Positions 18,597-27,108 of a DNA stretch of 37,187 nt are shown here, one piece after another. Within the stretch, counting starts at the first letter, position 1; each line of letters starts with the position of its first letter. Source of the stretch: Solirubrobacterales bacterium. Lineage in GTDB: Bacteria > Actinomycetota > Thermoleophilia > Solirubrobacterales > Solirubrobacteraceae. The position numbers were made by a program, and so were the translations under genes. The notes beneath the pieces were generated by a model. The model searched no databases, was not told where the DNA came from, and worked only from the letters and a program-made list of their open reading frames with translations. The stretch spans positions 1 to 37,187 of the forward strand of contig QHBV01000187.1 in the NCBI GenBank assembly GCA_003244035.1, given 5' to 3'.

Positions 18597-19582
18597 GCAA
18601 TTCCCCCGTACGAGTAGCCGTGACCGGCGCAGCAGGCCAGATCGGTTACGCCATCCTGTTTCGCATCGCCAGCGGCCAGCTGCTGGGGAGCGACACCGCG
18701 ATCGAGCTGTCGCTGCTCGAGGTCCCCGCGGCCGTCAAGGCGGCCGAGGGAACGGCGATGGAGCTCGATGACTGTGCATTTCCGTTGCTCGCAGGGGTCG
18801 ATATCACCGACGACCCCACCAAGGCGTTCGACGGAGCCAATCTCGCGCTGCTGATCGGTGCGCGGCCCCGCTCGAAGGGGATGGAGCGCGGCGATCTGCT
18901 GGAGGCCAACGGTGCCATCTTCAAGCCACAGGGCCGGGCGCTGGGCGACTGCGCCGCAGCCGACATCAGAGTGCTGGTCGTCGGCAATCCCGCCAACACC
19001 AACTGCCTGATCGCGCAGCGCAACGCTCCCGACATCCCGCGTGAGCGCTTCACCGCGATGATGCGCCTCGATCACAACCGCGCGATCGCGCAGCTCGCCG
19101 CCAAGACCGGTGTGTCGGTGAGTGAGATCACGAACATGACGATCTGGGGCAATCACTCCGCCACCCAGTACCCGGACATCTTCCACGCCAAGGTGGATGG
19201 CCGCGCTGCGGCCGAAGTGCTCGGCGACCAGCAATGGCTGGAGGAGGAGTTCATTCCGACGGTGCAGAAGCGTGGCGCTGCGATCATCGAAGCCCGGGGT
19301 GCATCGAGCGCTGCGTCGGCTGCAAACGCCGCGATCGACCACTTTCGCGACTGGAAGCTGGGTACGCCCCCCGGGGACTGGGTGTCGATGGCGATCCCCT
19401 CGGACGGCTCCTATGGCGTGCGGGAAGGGGTGTTCTCAGGTTTCCCCGTCACCTGCTCGGGTGGCGACTACCAGCTCGTCGAGGGCCTCGAGCTCGACCA
19501 GTTCTCCCGCTCGCGCATCGACGCGACCGTGAACGAGCTGTGCCAGGAGCGCGATGCGGTGAGCGAGTTGGGGCTGATCTGA
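18593..19582 (+). CDS. mdh: Malate dehydrogenase
   Basis: [63 protein letters not shown]. Confidence 0.97.
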   Translation: MSNSPVRVAVTGAAGQIGYAILFRIASGQLLGSDTAIELSLLEVPAAVKAAEGTAMELDDCAFPLLAGVDITDDPTKAFDGANLALLIGARPRSKGMERGDLLEANGAIFKPQGRALGDCAAADIRVLVVGNPANTNCLIAQRNAPDIPRERFTAMMRLDHNRAIAQLAAKTGVSVSEITNMTIWGNHSATQYPDIFHAKVDGRAAAEVLGDQQWLEEEFIPTVQKRGAAIIEARGASSAASAANAAIDHFRDWKLGTPPGDWVSMAIPSDGSYGVREGVFSGFPVTCSGGDYQLVEGLELDQFSRSRIDATVNELCQERDAVSELGLI

Positions 19583-19585
19583 AAC

Positions 19586-19972
19586 CTAACCGCTCCCTGC
19601 CACGGGGTGCCAGCCCTCTCCCTCGCGCTTGACCTGGCCGTCGTCGACGAGCCGGGGCATCACGCGATACAGGTAGTTCGGCCCGATGCCAAGTGCCTCC
19701 GCGATCTGGGGAATCGTGATCCCTGGTTGCAGGCGAACAAGCTCGAGTGCCTGGTTGGCGCGCGTGTTGCCACCGCGTCGGCCGCGCGGACGGCCGGGCT
19801 TGCGGCCGCTGCGCCGTGCGGTCGATGTGGAGCGCGATCCGCGCGGCCTGCCCGGCCCGCGCCGCTCACCCAGAAGTGCCGTGCGTGCGGCCTGCAGCCG
19901 CACGAGCTCCTCCTCGAGCTCGCTCAAGCGGACGTCGATGGCGCTCACGGTGTTGTCGACGAATTCGGTCAA
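19586..19972 (-). CDS. Small basic DNA-binding protein: N-terminal coiled coil, two AT-hook-like GRP motifs, C-terminal winged helix
   Basis: TTG at 19972 after GAAGGGA. IDVRLSELEEELVRLQAARTAL; RRGPGRPRG and RKPGRPRGRRGG; ALELVRLQPGITIPQIAEALGIGPNYLYRVMPRLVDDGQVKREGEGWHP. Confidence 0.82.
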   Translation of the reverse strand: MTEFVDNTVSAIDVRLSELEEELVRLQAARTALLGERRGPGRPRGSRSTSTARRSGRKPGRPRGRRGGNTRANQALELVRLQPGITIPQIAEALGIGPNYLYRVMPRLVDDGQVKREGEGWHPVAGSG

Positions 19973-20006
19973 CGGATTCCCTTCTGGTAGAGGGCTGCGG
20001 GGCAAT

Positions 20007-20028
20007 TAGGGCTCACGACAAAACAGAT
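20007..20028 (-). promoter_or_regulatory. Second copy of the 22-bp dnaX-promoter element
   Basis: Minus strand ATCTGTTTTGTCGTGAGCCCTA, 34 nt upstream of the TTG at 19972, in an AT-rich spacer. Confidence 0.65.
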
Positions 20029-20061
20029 TAGGCAACAAACATACACATACACCAGCCAGTG

Positions 20062-20511
20062 TCAGCTGCCTTCGACCAGGGCCTTGAGGCGCCGCAGTGA
20101 ATTGTCCGCCTCGCGCTCTGAAGCCGCGCCGACGATTACCCGGCTTGCGACCGTTCCAACTCGCCCGCCAGGTGGGGTGAACTCGTTCGTGTATGCGAAC
20201 GCCGTCGTACCATTCTCGCCATCGAGAAGCTGGTACCGAATCCTTGCACGCGAGTGCGCGGGTCCCCTGCCCTCCCACTCCGCATTGTGTGGCGCACTCA
20301 CGGCGACGAGCGTCCAGTGAACGCGGAAGGGAACGCCTCGCAACTGCAGCACCTGATCCATGGTTGCGCCCTTGCTCAGCGGTCGCTTTGACACACCCGT
20401 AACGGACCGGTGAATTGTGACCCAATCCTTCAGCTTGTGGGGATCCATCACGGTCTCCCACACACGCTGTACGGGGGCATCGATCTCGATCTTGACGTGG
20501 ACGACGCTCAT
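20062..20511 (-). CDS. SRPBCC (polyketide cyclase/dehydrase-like) family protein
   Basis: IEIDAPVQRVWETVMDP...W, WEGRGP and a C-terminal helix SLRRLKALVE. Start at ATG 20511. Confidence 0.85.
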   Translation of the reverse strand: MSVVHVKIEIDAPVQRVWETVMDPHKLKDWVTIHRSVTGVSKRPLSKGATMDQVLQLRGVPFRVHWTLVAVSAPHNAEWEGRGPAHSRARIRYQLLDGENGTTAFAYTNEFTPPGGRVGTVASRVIVGAASEREADNSLRRLKALVEGS

Positions 20512-20534
20512 CGCGGATGGGCAGACACTAACGG

Positions 20535-21455
20535 CTAGCGCGCGGCAAGTGGCTCGGTCATTTCCCACTCGCGCAGCGCATGCTCGATCGCGGCGTCGAG
20601 CGAGTGCAACCTGACGCCCAGCAGCGCGGCGGCGCGATCGTCGCGCGGCAGCAAGTCGCGATCGAGTCCCTCCATCAGCGGTCCGATCAACGCGTGCTCC
20701 TCGCCGGCGATCGCTGCGGCGACCCGACTCGCGATCGGGGTCATGGTCAGGCGTCGCAGGCCGATCGTCGGACGGCTCAGGAGCATGTGGTCGGCAATCC
20801 GGTCGATCAGCGCACCGTAGGAGACGACGTCGGGACCGCCGGCGTCAAGCGTCTGCCCGCACACGTTCTCAGCTGTCGCCGCGCGAGCCAGCAGCGCGAT
20901 CATGTCGCGTTCGTCGATCGGCTGGGTGCGATTGGACCGCCACGCAGGCACCGCCAGCACCGGTAGGCGCTCCACCAGCCGGACGAGGAAGCGAAACGAG
21001 CGCGAGCGCGCCCCGATCACGATCGATGCACGAAGCGCGACCGTGCATGGCGCCGCGCCGAGCAGGATGCGCTCGACCGCGTGCCGGCTGGAGAGATGGG
21101 CCGATGCGGCGCCGGCGGCGGGTACGAGTCCTCCGAGGTAGACGATTCGCCGGACCCCGGCTCGCTGCGCCGCGAGCGCGAAGTTCTCCGCCGCCAGACG
21201 CTCGCGGTCCTCGAAAGAGTGATCGCTCGAGCCCACGGGCTCCATCGAGTGGATCAGGTAGTAGGCGAGATCGATTCCCTCGAGCGCGCGCTCGAGCCCA
21301 GCCCCGGAGACCGCGTCGCCGATCGCGACGGGCACGCCGAGCTCGACGTGCCCGGGGAGGCGTGAAAGGCCGCGGACGGTGTGGCCGTCGCGCTGCAGCC
21401 GAGGTGTGAGACGCGCGCCGAGAAAGCCGGTGATGCCGGTCACGAGAACGTTCAT
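20535..21455 (-). CDS. NAD(P)-binding atypical SDR / epimerase-like oxidoreductase (YbjT-like N-domain)
   Basis: VLVTGITGFLG, AYYLIHSM, RIVYLGGL, HLSSRHAVE, LRASIVIG, TQPI. Confidence 0.88.
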   Translation of the reverse strand: MNVLVTGITGFLGARLTPRLQRDGHTVRGLSRLPGHVELGVPVAIGDAVSGAGLERALEGIDLAYYLIHSMEPVGSSDHSFEDRERLAAENFALAAQRAGVRRIVYLGGLVPAAGAASAHLSSRHAVERILLGAAPCTVALRASIVIGARSRSFRFLVRLVERLPVLAVPAWRSNRTQPIDERDMIALLARAATAENVCGQTLDAGGPDVVSYGALIDRIADHMLLSRPTIGLRRLTMTPIASRVAAAIAGEEHALIGPLMEGLDRDLLPRDDRAAALLGVRLHSLDAAIEHALREWEMTEPLAAR

Positions 21456-21605
21456 CGCTGGACAAAGCTACGGAAATGCCGCTCGTTCCCGGTATGAAGC
21501 CAGATCAGCCCGCACTTTGCAGCGATTCAGCCGGGCACGGAAGTTCCTGCGTTTTCCGGGATCAGCGCTTGCACGTGGGGGGCGAAGTTCGCTTTGATCT
21601 CATGC

Positions 21606-21836
21606 ATGGCGAGCAAGCGTGCAACGACAGCGAAGGCGAGCTGCGAGGACTGCTTCTTTCATCAGAACCTCCTGTGTGCGATTTCGCAGCCAGGTCCATG
21701 CGCGACCTTCCGCCCGGCTCGTCCGGAGGGGCTGAGGCCACCGAGCCAGCTTCGCTTCGTGTTTCGCCAGGAGCGCCGCATGCAGGTCGCCTGGGCATTC
21801 CCGTCGGCGAGCGAGCAGAGCGCGCTCCACGCTTAG
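21606..21836 (+). CDS. Small cysteine-rich hypothetical protein (76 aa)
   Basis: CEDCFFHQNLLCAISQPGPCATFRP (C-x2-C-x7-C-x7-C). Fills the gap divergent from the SDR gene. Confidence 0.7.
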   Translation: MASKRATTAKASCEDCFFHQNLLCAISQPGPCATFRPARPEGLRPPSQLRFVFRQERRMQVAWAFPSASEQSALHA

Positions 21837-21874
21837 CGCGCGCTCCACGCCTGGGCTCATATATGTTGTCGGCC

Positions 21875-22018
21875 ATGTTCTGGCCGCTGATCGGGGGGTT
21901 CGTCGCGTTCATACTGCTCGTCGTGCTCCTCGGCTGGGTCATGGACACCTCGCGCCACGACGGCGCGGGCGACGGGGGCGCCGGAGCCGACGGCGAAGCC
22001 GGGCACGACGGCCACTGA
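21875..22018 (+). CDS. Very small single-pass membrane protein (47 aa)
   Basis: MFWPLIGGFVAFILLVVLLGWVM TM segment plus a Gly/Asp/His tail. TATGTT 7 nt upstream of the ATG. Confidence 0.6.
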   Translation: MFWPLIGGFVAFILLVVLLGWVMDTSRHDGAGDGGAGADGEAGHDGH

Positions 22019-23278
22019 TCAGCCCGCAGTCACCGGGTGCGGGGGCTCGGAGCGGCGAGCCATCCATTCCGCACCCGCGGTGTCGCTGCAGCCGTGGGCG
22101 ATGATCGAGCAGAACACGACCAGTGCGGCGAGGTTGAAGATCGTCCGGCCGGCGGCGATCGAATCACTCAGCACCAGCAGCGAGAACGTCATGGTCGCGA
22201 CGCCCTTGGGGCCAAACCATGCCATGAACGCCCTCGTGGCCATGTCACTCGCGGTCCCCGCGAGCGCCAGCATCACCGCCACGGGGCGCGCGAGAAGCAG
22301 TGTCACCGCGACGATGGCGACGGCGGCCCAGCCTTCGCCGAACAGGCCGTGGATGGTGAGCAGCGACCCGAACACGACGAAGATCCCGAGCTTGACGATC
22401 TCCACCAGCCCGTCGGCCTCGCGGGCGAAGCAGCCGCGGATGTCGGGGCGGCGGATCCCGAGCGTGATCGCCGCGACGAACACCGCGATCAGCCCGTTTC
22501 CGTGCGGCGGGAGCACGGCGACGCCGTAGGCCGCGAACCCCGTGCCGAGCGCGTACAGCGACTTCTGATGCGACCGGATCCCGTGCCCCGGGCCCTCCTT
22601 GCGCGGCATCAGGACAGCGGCGAGCAGTCCGACCAGCAGGCCGGCGCCGAGCCCGATCGTCAGGTCCTCGAGTAGGAAACGCCACCACACGAAGTGCTGG
22701 GAGGACGTCAGCGCCGCGGCGAGGGCAATCACGGCGGGCAGTGCAAGCCCGTCGTTGAGCCCCGACTCGAGATTCAGCGAGTGGCGCACGAGGCGGGGCA
22801 CGCGCGGATTGGTCACGACGCTCGAGGACAGCACTGGGTCGGTCGGCGAGAGCAGCGCGCCCAGCAGCAGGCACTCGCTCCAGGAGAGGCTGGTCAGCAC
22901 CCGCGCCGCGAGCGCGACGATCGCCGCGGTCAAGGGCATTGCCAGCGCGAGCTTGCGCAGCGGCAGGTGCCACTGACGCTGCAGCATCTCGCCTTCGACC
23001 TCGAGCCCGTCGCGAAGCAGGATCACGATCAGCGCGATCACCGCGAGGTCACTGACGAACGCCGAGCGCGCGTCGAAGCTCAGGACCCCGAGGGCGCCTG
23101 GACCGAGCACGAAGCCGATCGACACGAACAGCGCCGTCAGCGACAGGAAGCTGCGCCGCGCGATCCCCGACGCGAGCGCGCCGAGCACCAGCAGGGTCCC
23201 CAGCACCAGCAACGCCAGCTCAAACCGGTGGGTCGCGACCGCGACCAGCAACGTAGTCTGCCCGTTTGCCCCAGCCAC
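22019..23278 (-). CDS. Cation:proton antiporter (CPA1/NhaP family)
   Basis: Many TM segments; LSPTDPV, ESGLNDG, ARP, WFGPKGVAT, HG.SD. Start uncertain by about 10 codons. Confidence 0.92.
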   Translation of the reverse strand: MAGANGQTTLLVAVATHRFELALLVLGTLLVLGALASGIARRSFLSLTALFVSIGFVLGPGALGVLSFDARSAFVSDLAVIALIVILLRDGLEVEGEMLQRQWHLPLRKLALAMPLTAAIVALAARVLTSLSWSECLLLGALLSPTDPVLSSSVVTNPRVPRLVRHSLNLESGLNDGLALPAVIALAAALTSSQHFVWWRFLLEDLTIGLGAGLLVGLLAAVLMPRKEGPGHGIRSHQKSLYALGTGFAAYGVAVLPPHGNGLIAVFVAAITLGIRRPDIRGCFAREADGLVEIVKLGIFVVFGSLLTIHGLFGEGWAAVAIVAVTLLLARPVAVMLALAGTASDMATRAFMAWFGPKGVATMTFSLLVLSDSIAAGRTIFNLAALVVFCSIIAHGCSDTAGAEWMARRSEPPHPVTAG

Positions 23279-24054
23279 GCGTTCAGGGTGTCAGAGTCAT
23301 ACGGGTGCCCGTCGGCTCGCAGCGGCCAGAAGGCCGCGGCGAGCAGGATCAGCAGCGGCCCGGTGTTGGGATCGGTGCTTTGGCCGCTCGTGATCGCGCC
23401 GAAGTTCTGCGCCACCCAGATCCCGGCGGCGGTGCCGGCGGCGAGGATCAGCCCAGCCCGCACGGTGCGCTCTGACCACACAGATGCCGCGATCGCGGCG
23501 CACGCGATCGCGAATCCGATCGAGGAGTGGCCGGCGTAGGCGAGGCTGGTCCACAGCACGGTCCAGATCGCTCTCGGGAGGACCCTCCCGAGCGGTCCGC
23601 TGGTCGCCACGGCTCCGCTGGGCTCGTCAGCCGGGTGCGGCCAGGCGAGCAGCGCTAGCAGCGAGTACAGGACGACCGCACCCGGGAAGCCGGCGACGGG
23701 ACCGGCGCCAGTGAGCGCTCCGCCGAGTCCCTCGCCGAACCACCATATACCGAGCGACCAGACTATCGACGCGACCAGGGCGGCCTTGACGCTCCGCCGC
23801 CAAAGGAGCCCGAGACCGATCAGCAACTGGGTCGTCGCAAAGGCGGTGTTGCCCACCACCAGGTGGTGGGCGAGAACGCCGGCCGCCCACGTGATCGGCC
23901 CGGCGACCGCCGCAGGGTTACCTGGTGCGGTGGCGGCGAGAGACTGCGGGAAGGCGCTCGTGTACATGTATGGCTGGTACTGGAGCGCGGCGTCCAGGAG
24001 CCACAGCAGGCCGAGCGCGAGCTGGATCGCCCGTCGGGGTGTGACGGTTCTCAT
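23137..24054 (-). CDS. Multi-pass membrane protein (DoxX/DoxD-like halves), possibly degenerate, with a run-on C-terminus
   Basis: LGLLWLLDAALQYQP, QLLIGLGLL, IWWFGEGLGG, TDPNTGPLLIL. The ORF continues about 142 nt into the antiporter ORF. Confidence 0.7.
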   Translation of the reverse strand: MRTVTPRRAIQLALGLLWLLDAALQYQPYMYTSAFPQSLAATAPGNPAAVAGPITWAAGVLAHHLVVGNTAFATTQLLIGLGLLWRRSVKAALVASIVWSLGIWWFGEGLGGALTGAGPVAGFPGAVVLYSLLALLAWPHPADEPSGAVATSGPLGRVLPRAIWTVLWTSLAYAGHSSIGFAIACAAIAASVWSERTVRAGLILAAGTAAGIWVAQNFGAITSGQSTDPNTGPLLILLAAAFWPLRADGHPYDSDTLNAWLGQTGRLRCWSRSRPTGLSWRCWCWGPCWCSARSRRGSRGAASCR

Positions 24055-24067
24055 GATGTGAGCTTCT

Positions 24068-24100
24068 GGGGCGCCGAGCACGGTGCATGCTCGGCGCCCC
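24068..24100. other. Perfect 13-bp GC-rich hairpin between the DUF1996 gene and the membrane-protein gene
   Basis: GGGGCGCCGAGCA (24068-24080), loop CGGTGCA, TGCTCGGCGCCCC (24088-24100). No U-tract. Confidence 0.75.
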
Positions 24101-24123
24101 CGGAACGTTGCGGTGACGGCCGG

Positions 24124-25170
24124 CTAGGACGAGGAGCTCGGGGAGCCCATAGCCGGCTGCGGCGTGCCGTTCGGGCCGGTCACCTTGCCGCACTTGGAGT
24201 GCGTGTCGAGGCAGGTGGTGGTCAGCCGGTCGAGCACGGTGATGTTCCAGCCGTCGAGGAAGTCGGCGTGCTCGCTGTAGATCGAGCCCTGCATCCCGGG
24301 GCCCATCGACAGCGTGAACTTCCCGCCGGGGCGGTTCGGATAGTGGACGTGGAGGGCGAGCCTGCTGAGGGCGACCGGGTGGCTCGCCGGGCACCGCGAC
24401 CCGCTCGGGTAGACGACGTTGTCCTGGCCGACGGCCGACAGCGTGTGCCCATCCCAGCACGATGGGAAATTGATCGTCAGGAGCATCTCTTGCCCAGCCG
24501 GGCATTCGTGCGGGGCGCTGCTCTTCGGGCCGTTGCGAGTGCTCTGGGAACCCGTGACTGCGTGGCACTGCCAGTACACGTGGTCGGCCGGCTGCGGGCT
24601 GGTGGCCTGCTCATTGCCCGCAATCATCTGCAGGCCCGCCGGCAGTGGTGTGGTCGAGGCGGTCCTCGACGCGCCGCGCCAGTACGTGGCGACCTTGCTG
24701 GGGAGCACGCGCTGGCCGTTGTCGTACAGCGCAGGCGTCCAGTAGCCGGACGAGTCGGCGCTGGTGGCGCAGGTGGTGGGGCCCCCGACCAACTGGGGCG
24801 CGGTCGAGCTCGCTTTGGTGGTGGTGTTGCCGAAGAAGTCGTGGAGCATCGAGGCCCCCGGCTTGCCCGGCATCAGGATCGGGTCGTCGCCCGCGCTGTG
24901 CGAGTAGGTGCAGACCGTGTGGAAGACCCCTGCCTTGTTGCCTGCGCCCTGCTTGCCGTGGCGACCGTGCATGTGGCGGTGGCGCTTGCCACTGGCCGCC
25001 GTCGCTTTGCCGGTTCCGCTGTTGCCGCTGTTGCCGCTGGCGAGCGTCGCGCCGGCACCTGCGCCGGCGAGGGCCAGCGCCAGGCAACCGGCCAAGCCGA
25101 CCGCGCGCATGTGTCTCGAGACCCAGCTGCTGCCCTGATCTGGCTGATCTGAACTCCGTGCGTCGGTCAT
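24124..25170 (-). CDS. Secreted DUF1996 domain protein with a His-rich linker
   Basis: Signal-like hydrophobic stretch; KRHRHMHGRHGK; DDPILMPG, HDFFGN, TTC...DSSGYWTP, GLQMIAG, FPSCWDG, CPASHP, HADF. SD GAAGGAG. Confidence 0.88.
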   Translation of the reverse strand: MTDARSSDQPDQGSSWVSRHMRAVGLAGCLALALAGAGAGATLASGNSGNSGTGKATAASGKRHRHMHGRHGKQGAGNKAGVFHTVCTYSHSAGDDPILMPGKPGASMLHDFFGNTTTKASSTAPQLVGGPTTCATSADSSGYWTPALYDNGQRVLPSKVATYWRGASRTASTTPLPAGLQMIAGNEQATSPQPADHVYWQCHAVTGSQSTRNGPKSSAPHECPAGQEMLLTINFPSCWDGHTLSAVGQDNVVYPSGSRCPASHPVALSRLALHVHYPNRPGGKFTLSMGPGMQGSIYSEHADFLDGWNITVLDRLTTTCLDTHSKCGKVTGPNGTPQPAMGSPSSSS

Positions 25171-25271
25171 TTCCACTCCTTCGTCGATGGTCAACTGCTT
25201 GCACTATCGGCGGGGAAGATCAGCTCTGGGTCAGGGCTGCCTCAGCGGCGTGTGATACGCGGGCCGGCGAG

Positions 25272-26306
25272 TCAGGGTGCGGGCGTCGGCACGGCGGGCA
25301 GGAGCTCGCTTGTAACCAGTCCGCTCTGACCTGTCAGCCGGTCTACGACACCGAAGAGCTCCTGAATCCGTTCTGGGGTGTCGATCACGACTGTGACCAC
25401 GGGGACGCGCCGGCGCAGCTGCCAGAACGAGTCGCCGTGGGGCGCATGGTCGCCGTGATAGCCCCACATGCCCCGGAGGCTCGTCGCGCCCGCGGCGCCC
25501 GCTCGGCGCAGCTCACGGATCAGCTGGTGATGCAGTGGGTGACCCTGATGGCGGGCCTGCTCACTCGTGTACACCATCAGCTTCTGCAAGACACGGCTCC
25601 CGGCGGCCTCGGTTCGTGGGAGGTGGCGCGGCTCGGCCTGGTGCCGGCCGTCGCGCTTGCAAACGCGCACTCGCTCGAGTGTGATCAGCGGTCGGTTGAG
25701 CATCGCCCCCAGCTCCGGCAGGATCTGGGCGATCACCTCGCCGTCGCCGACCGCGAGCACCATCAGCGGGACGCCGGCGTTGGCGGCGAAGAACCTCGCC
25801 CGCCGACGGACGCCGTGCGCCGTCCCATCGACGCCGAGCAGGACCGTCGCTCCGGCGACACCGCGTGCATGGAGCAGCTCGACCACCGCCTCGTACGCCG
25901 GCTTGGCGCCCGCGTGCTCATGGCGACCGACGTAGACGGTCAGCTTTGTCGCCTCATCCAGACCGGGCGCTAGTCGGACCGTGTCGATCTGGGCTGTCAG
26001 CATCCGCGCAGTCTCGAGCGTCACAAGGCCGCCGATCCGCAACTCCCCGAGCTCCCCCCAGACTGACTCGATCCGGGCGCGCGTATCGACCGCCACCGAC
26101 ACCAGCGGCAGGTCCTCCGACAGGCTCAGGAGCCGGTCGGTGTGCCGGTGGTGCTTTGCTCCGAAGCCTTCGATGCCGCGCATCAGCAGGCTCGTCTGGA
26201 GCTTGTGACGGGCGTATGTCTCGGTGAATGCGTCCGCGAGGAAGCCACCGCCGACGCGGTCGCGCTCGCCGCAGTAGATGGTCAGCTTCAGGCAGTCCTC
26301 GTTCAC
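25272..26306 (-). CDS. DUF190 (PII-like) protein with three tandem domains
   Basis: Three repeats starting KLTIYCGE / KLTVYVGR / KLMVYTSE, with RGIEGFG / LGVDGT / RGMWGY and LSEDLP. GTGA-coupled to crcB. Confidence 0.9.
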   Translation of the reverse strand: MNEDCLKLTIYCGERDRVGGGFLADAFTETYARHKLQTSLLMRGIEGFGAKHHRHTDRLLSLSEDLPLVSVAVDTRARIESVWGELGELRIGGLVTLETARMLTAQIDTVRLAPGLDEATKLTVYVGRHEHAGAKPAYEAVVELLHARGVAGATVLLGVDGTAHGVRRRARFFAANAGVPLMVLAVGDGEVIAQILPELGAMLNRPLITLERVRVCKRDGRHQAEPRHLPRTEAAGSRVLQKLMVYTSEQARHQGHPLHHQLIRELRRAGAAGATSLRGMWGYHGDHAPHGDSFWQLRRRVPVVTVVIDTPERIQELFGVVDRLTGQSGLVTSELLPAVPTPAP

Positions 26307-26668
26307 AGCGTCGTCCCGAGACGCCGCCCGACCCAGACGGCGGCCAGGCCGAGCACAAGGCTCACGATCAAGTTCAGGATTCCGAGGCGGAGCTCGCCGT
26401 CCTCGCCGAGCCGGTGGCTCTCGAACGCCCAGGTGCTGAACGTGGTGAAGCTGCCGATCAGCCCAGTAGCGAGCAGGTGGTAGGCATTGGCGCCGAGGGC
26501 CGCTCCGACCAGGATGCCCAGGAAAAAGGCGCCGAGCAGGTTGACTGCGAGCGTCCCGTAGGGGAAATCTCGGCTGACGCGATCTGCGACCGCGCCATCC
26601 AGCAGGAACCGCGCAACGGCGCCGACCCCTCCCAGGACGCCGATGCCGAGCGTCACCAGCAGGCTCAT
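26303..26668 (-). CDS. crcB: Fluoride channel Fluc/CrcB, second subunit
   Basis: [29 protein letters not shown]. Confidence 0.94.
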   Translation of the reverse strand: MSLLVTLGIGVLGGVGAVARFLLDGAVADRVSRDFPYGTLAVNLLGAFFLGILVGAALGANAYHLLATGLIGSFTTFSTWAFESHRLGEDGELRLGILNLIVSLVLGLAAVWVGRRLGTTL

Positions 26669-27060
26669 CCGGCGATCCTCGCGCGGCGGACGAGGTTCGT
26701 CGCCACCGCGACCGCCATGAAGCCCGCCGTAACGCTCACGAGCGCGTAGGCGAGAGCCAGTCCGATTCGATTGGTATCCAGGAGCCGTAAGAGTTCGAGC
26801 TGCATCGTCGAGAAGGTCGTCAAGGCTCCGCACAAACCTGTCCCGAGTAACGGACGCCGGTAAGCCGATAGGGGCAGGCGCTCCTGCAATCGAGTGGTGA
26901 AGTACCCGAGCAGGAATGCCCCGACGATGTTCGCGATGAACGTTGCCCAAGGCCATTGTCCGACGCCCGAGGCGAACCCCCGGTCAAGTGCCTCCCGGGC
27001 CACTGCGCCCACGAAGCCGCCGGCGAAGATGGCTCCGAGCTCGCGATGATCCAGGCGCAC
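26665..27060 (-). CDS. crcB: Fluoride channel Fluc/CrcB, first subunit
   Basis: [33 protein letters not shown] 6 nt after TACGGT. Confidence 0.94.
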   Translation of the reverse strand: MRLDHRELGAIFAGGFVGAVAREALDRGFASGVGQWPWATFIANIVGAFLLGYFTTRLQERLPLSAYRRPLLGTGLCGALTTFSTMQLELLRLLDTNRIGLALAYALVSVTAGFMAVAVATNLVRRARIAG

Positions 27061-27108
27061 GCTCAAACCGTAAACGGCTCGCTCCGCGCGGGAGTTACGC
27101 TTGCGCGG

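Noticed and set aside
27061-27108. Fluoride riboswitch, or HAIR/CIRCE heat-shock operator
   Set aside because: The 48-bp spacer lacks the riboswitch core, CTTGAGT-N7-ACTCAAG and TTAGCACTC-N9-GAGTGCTAA.
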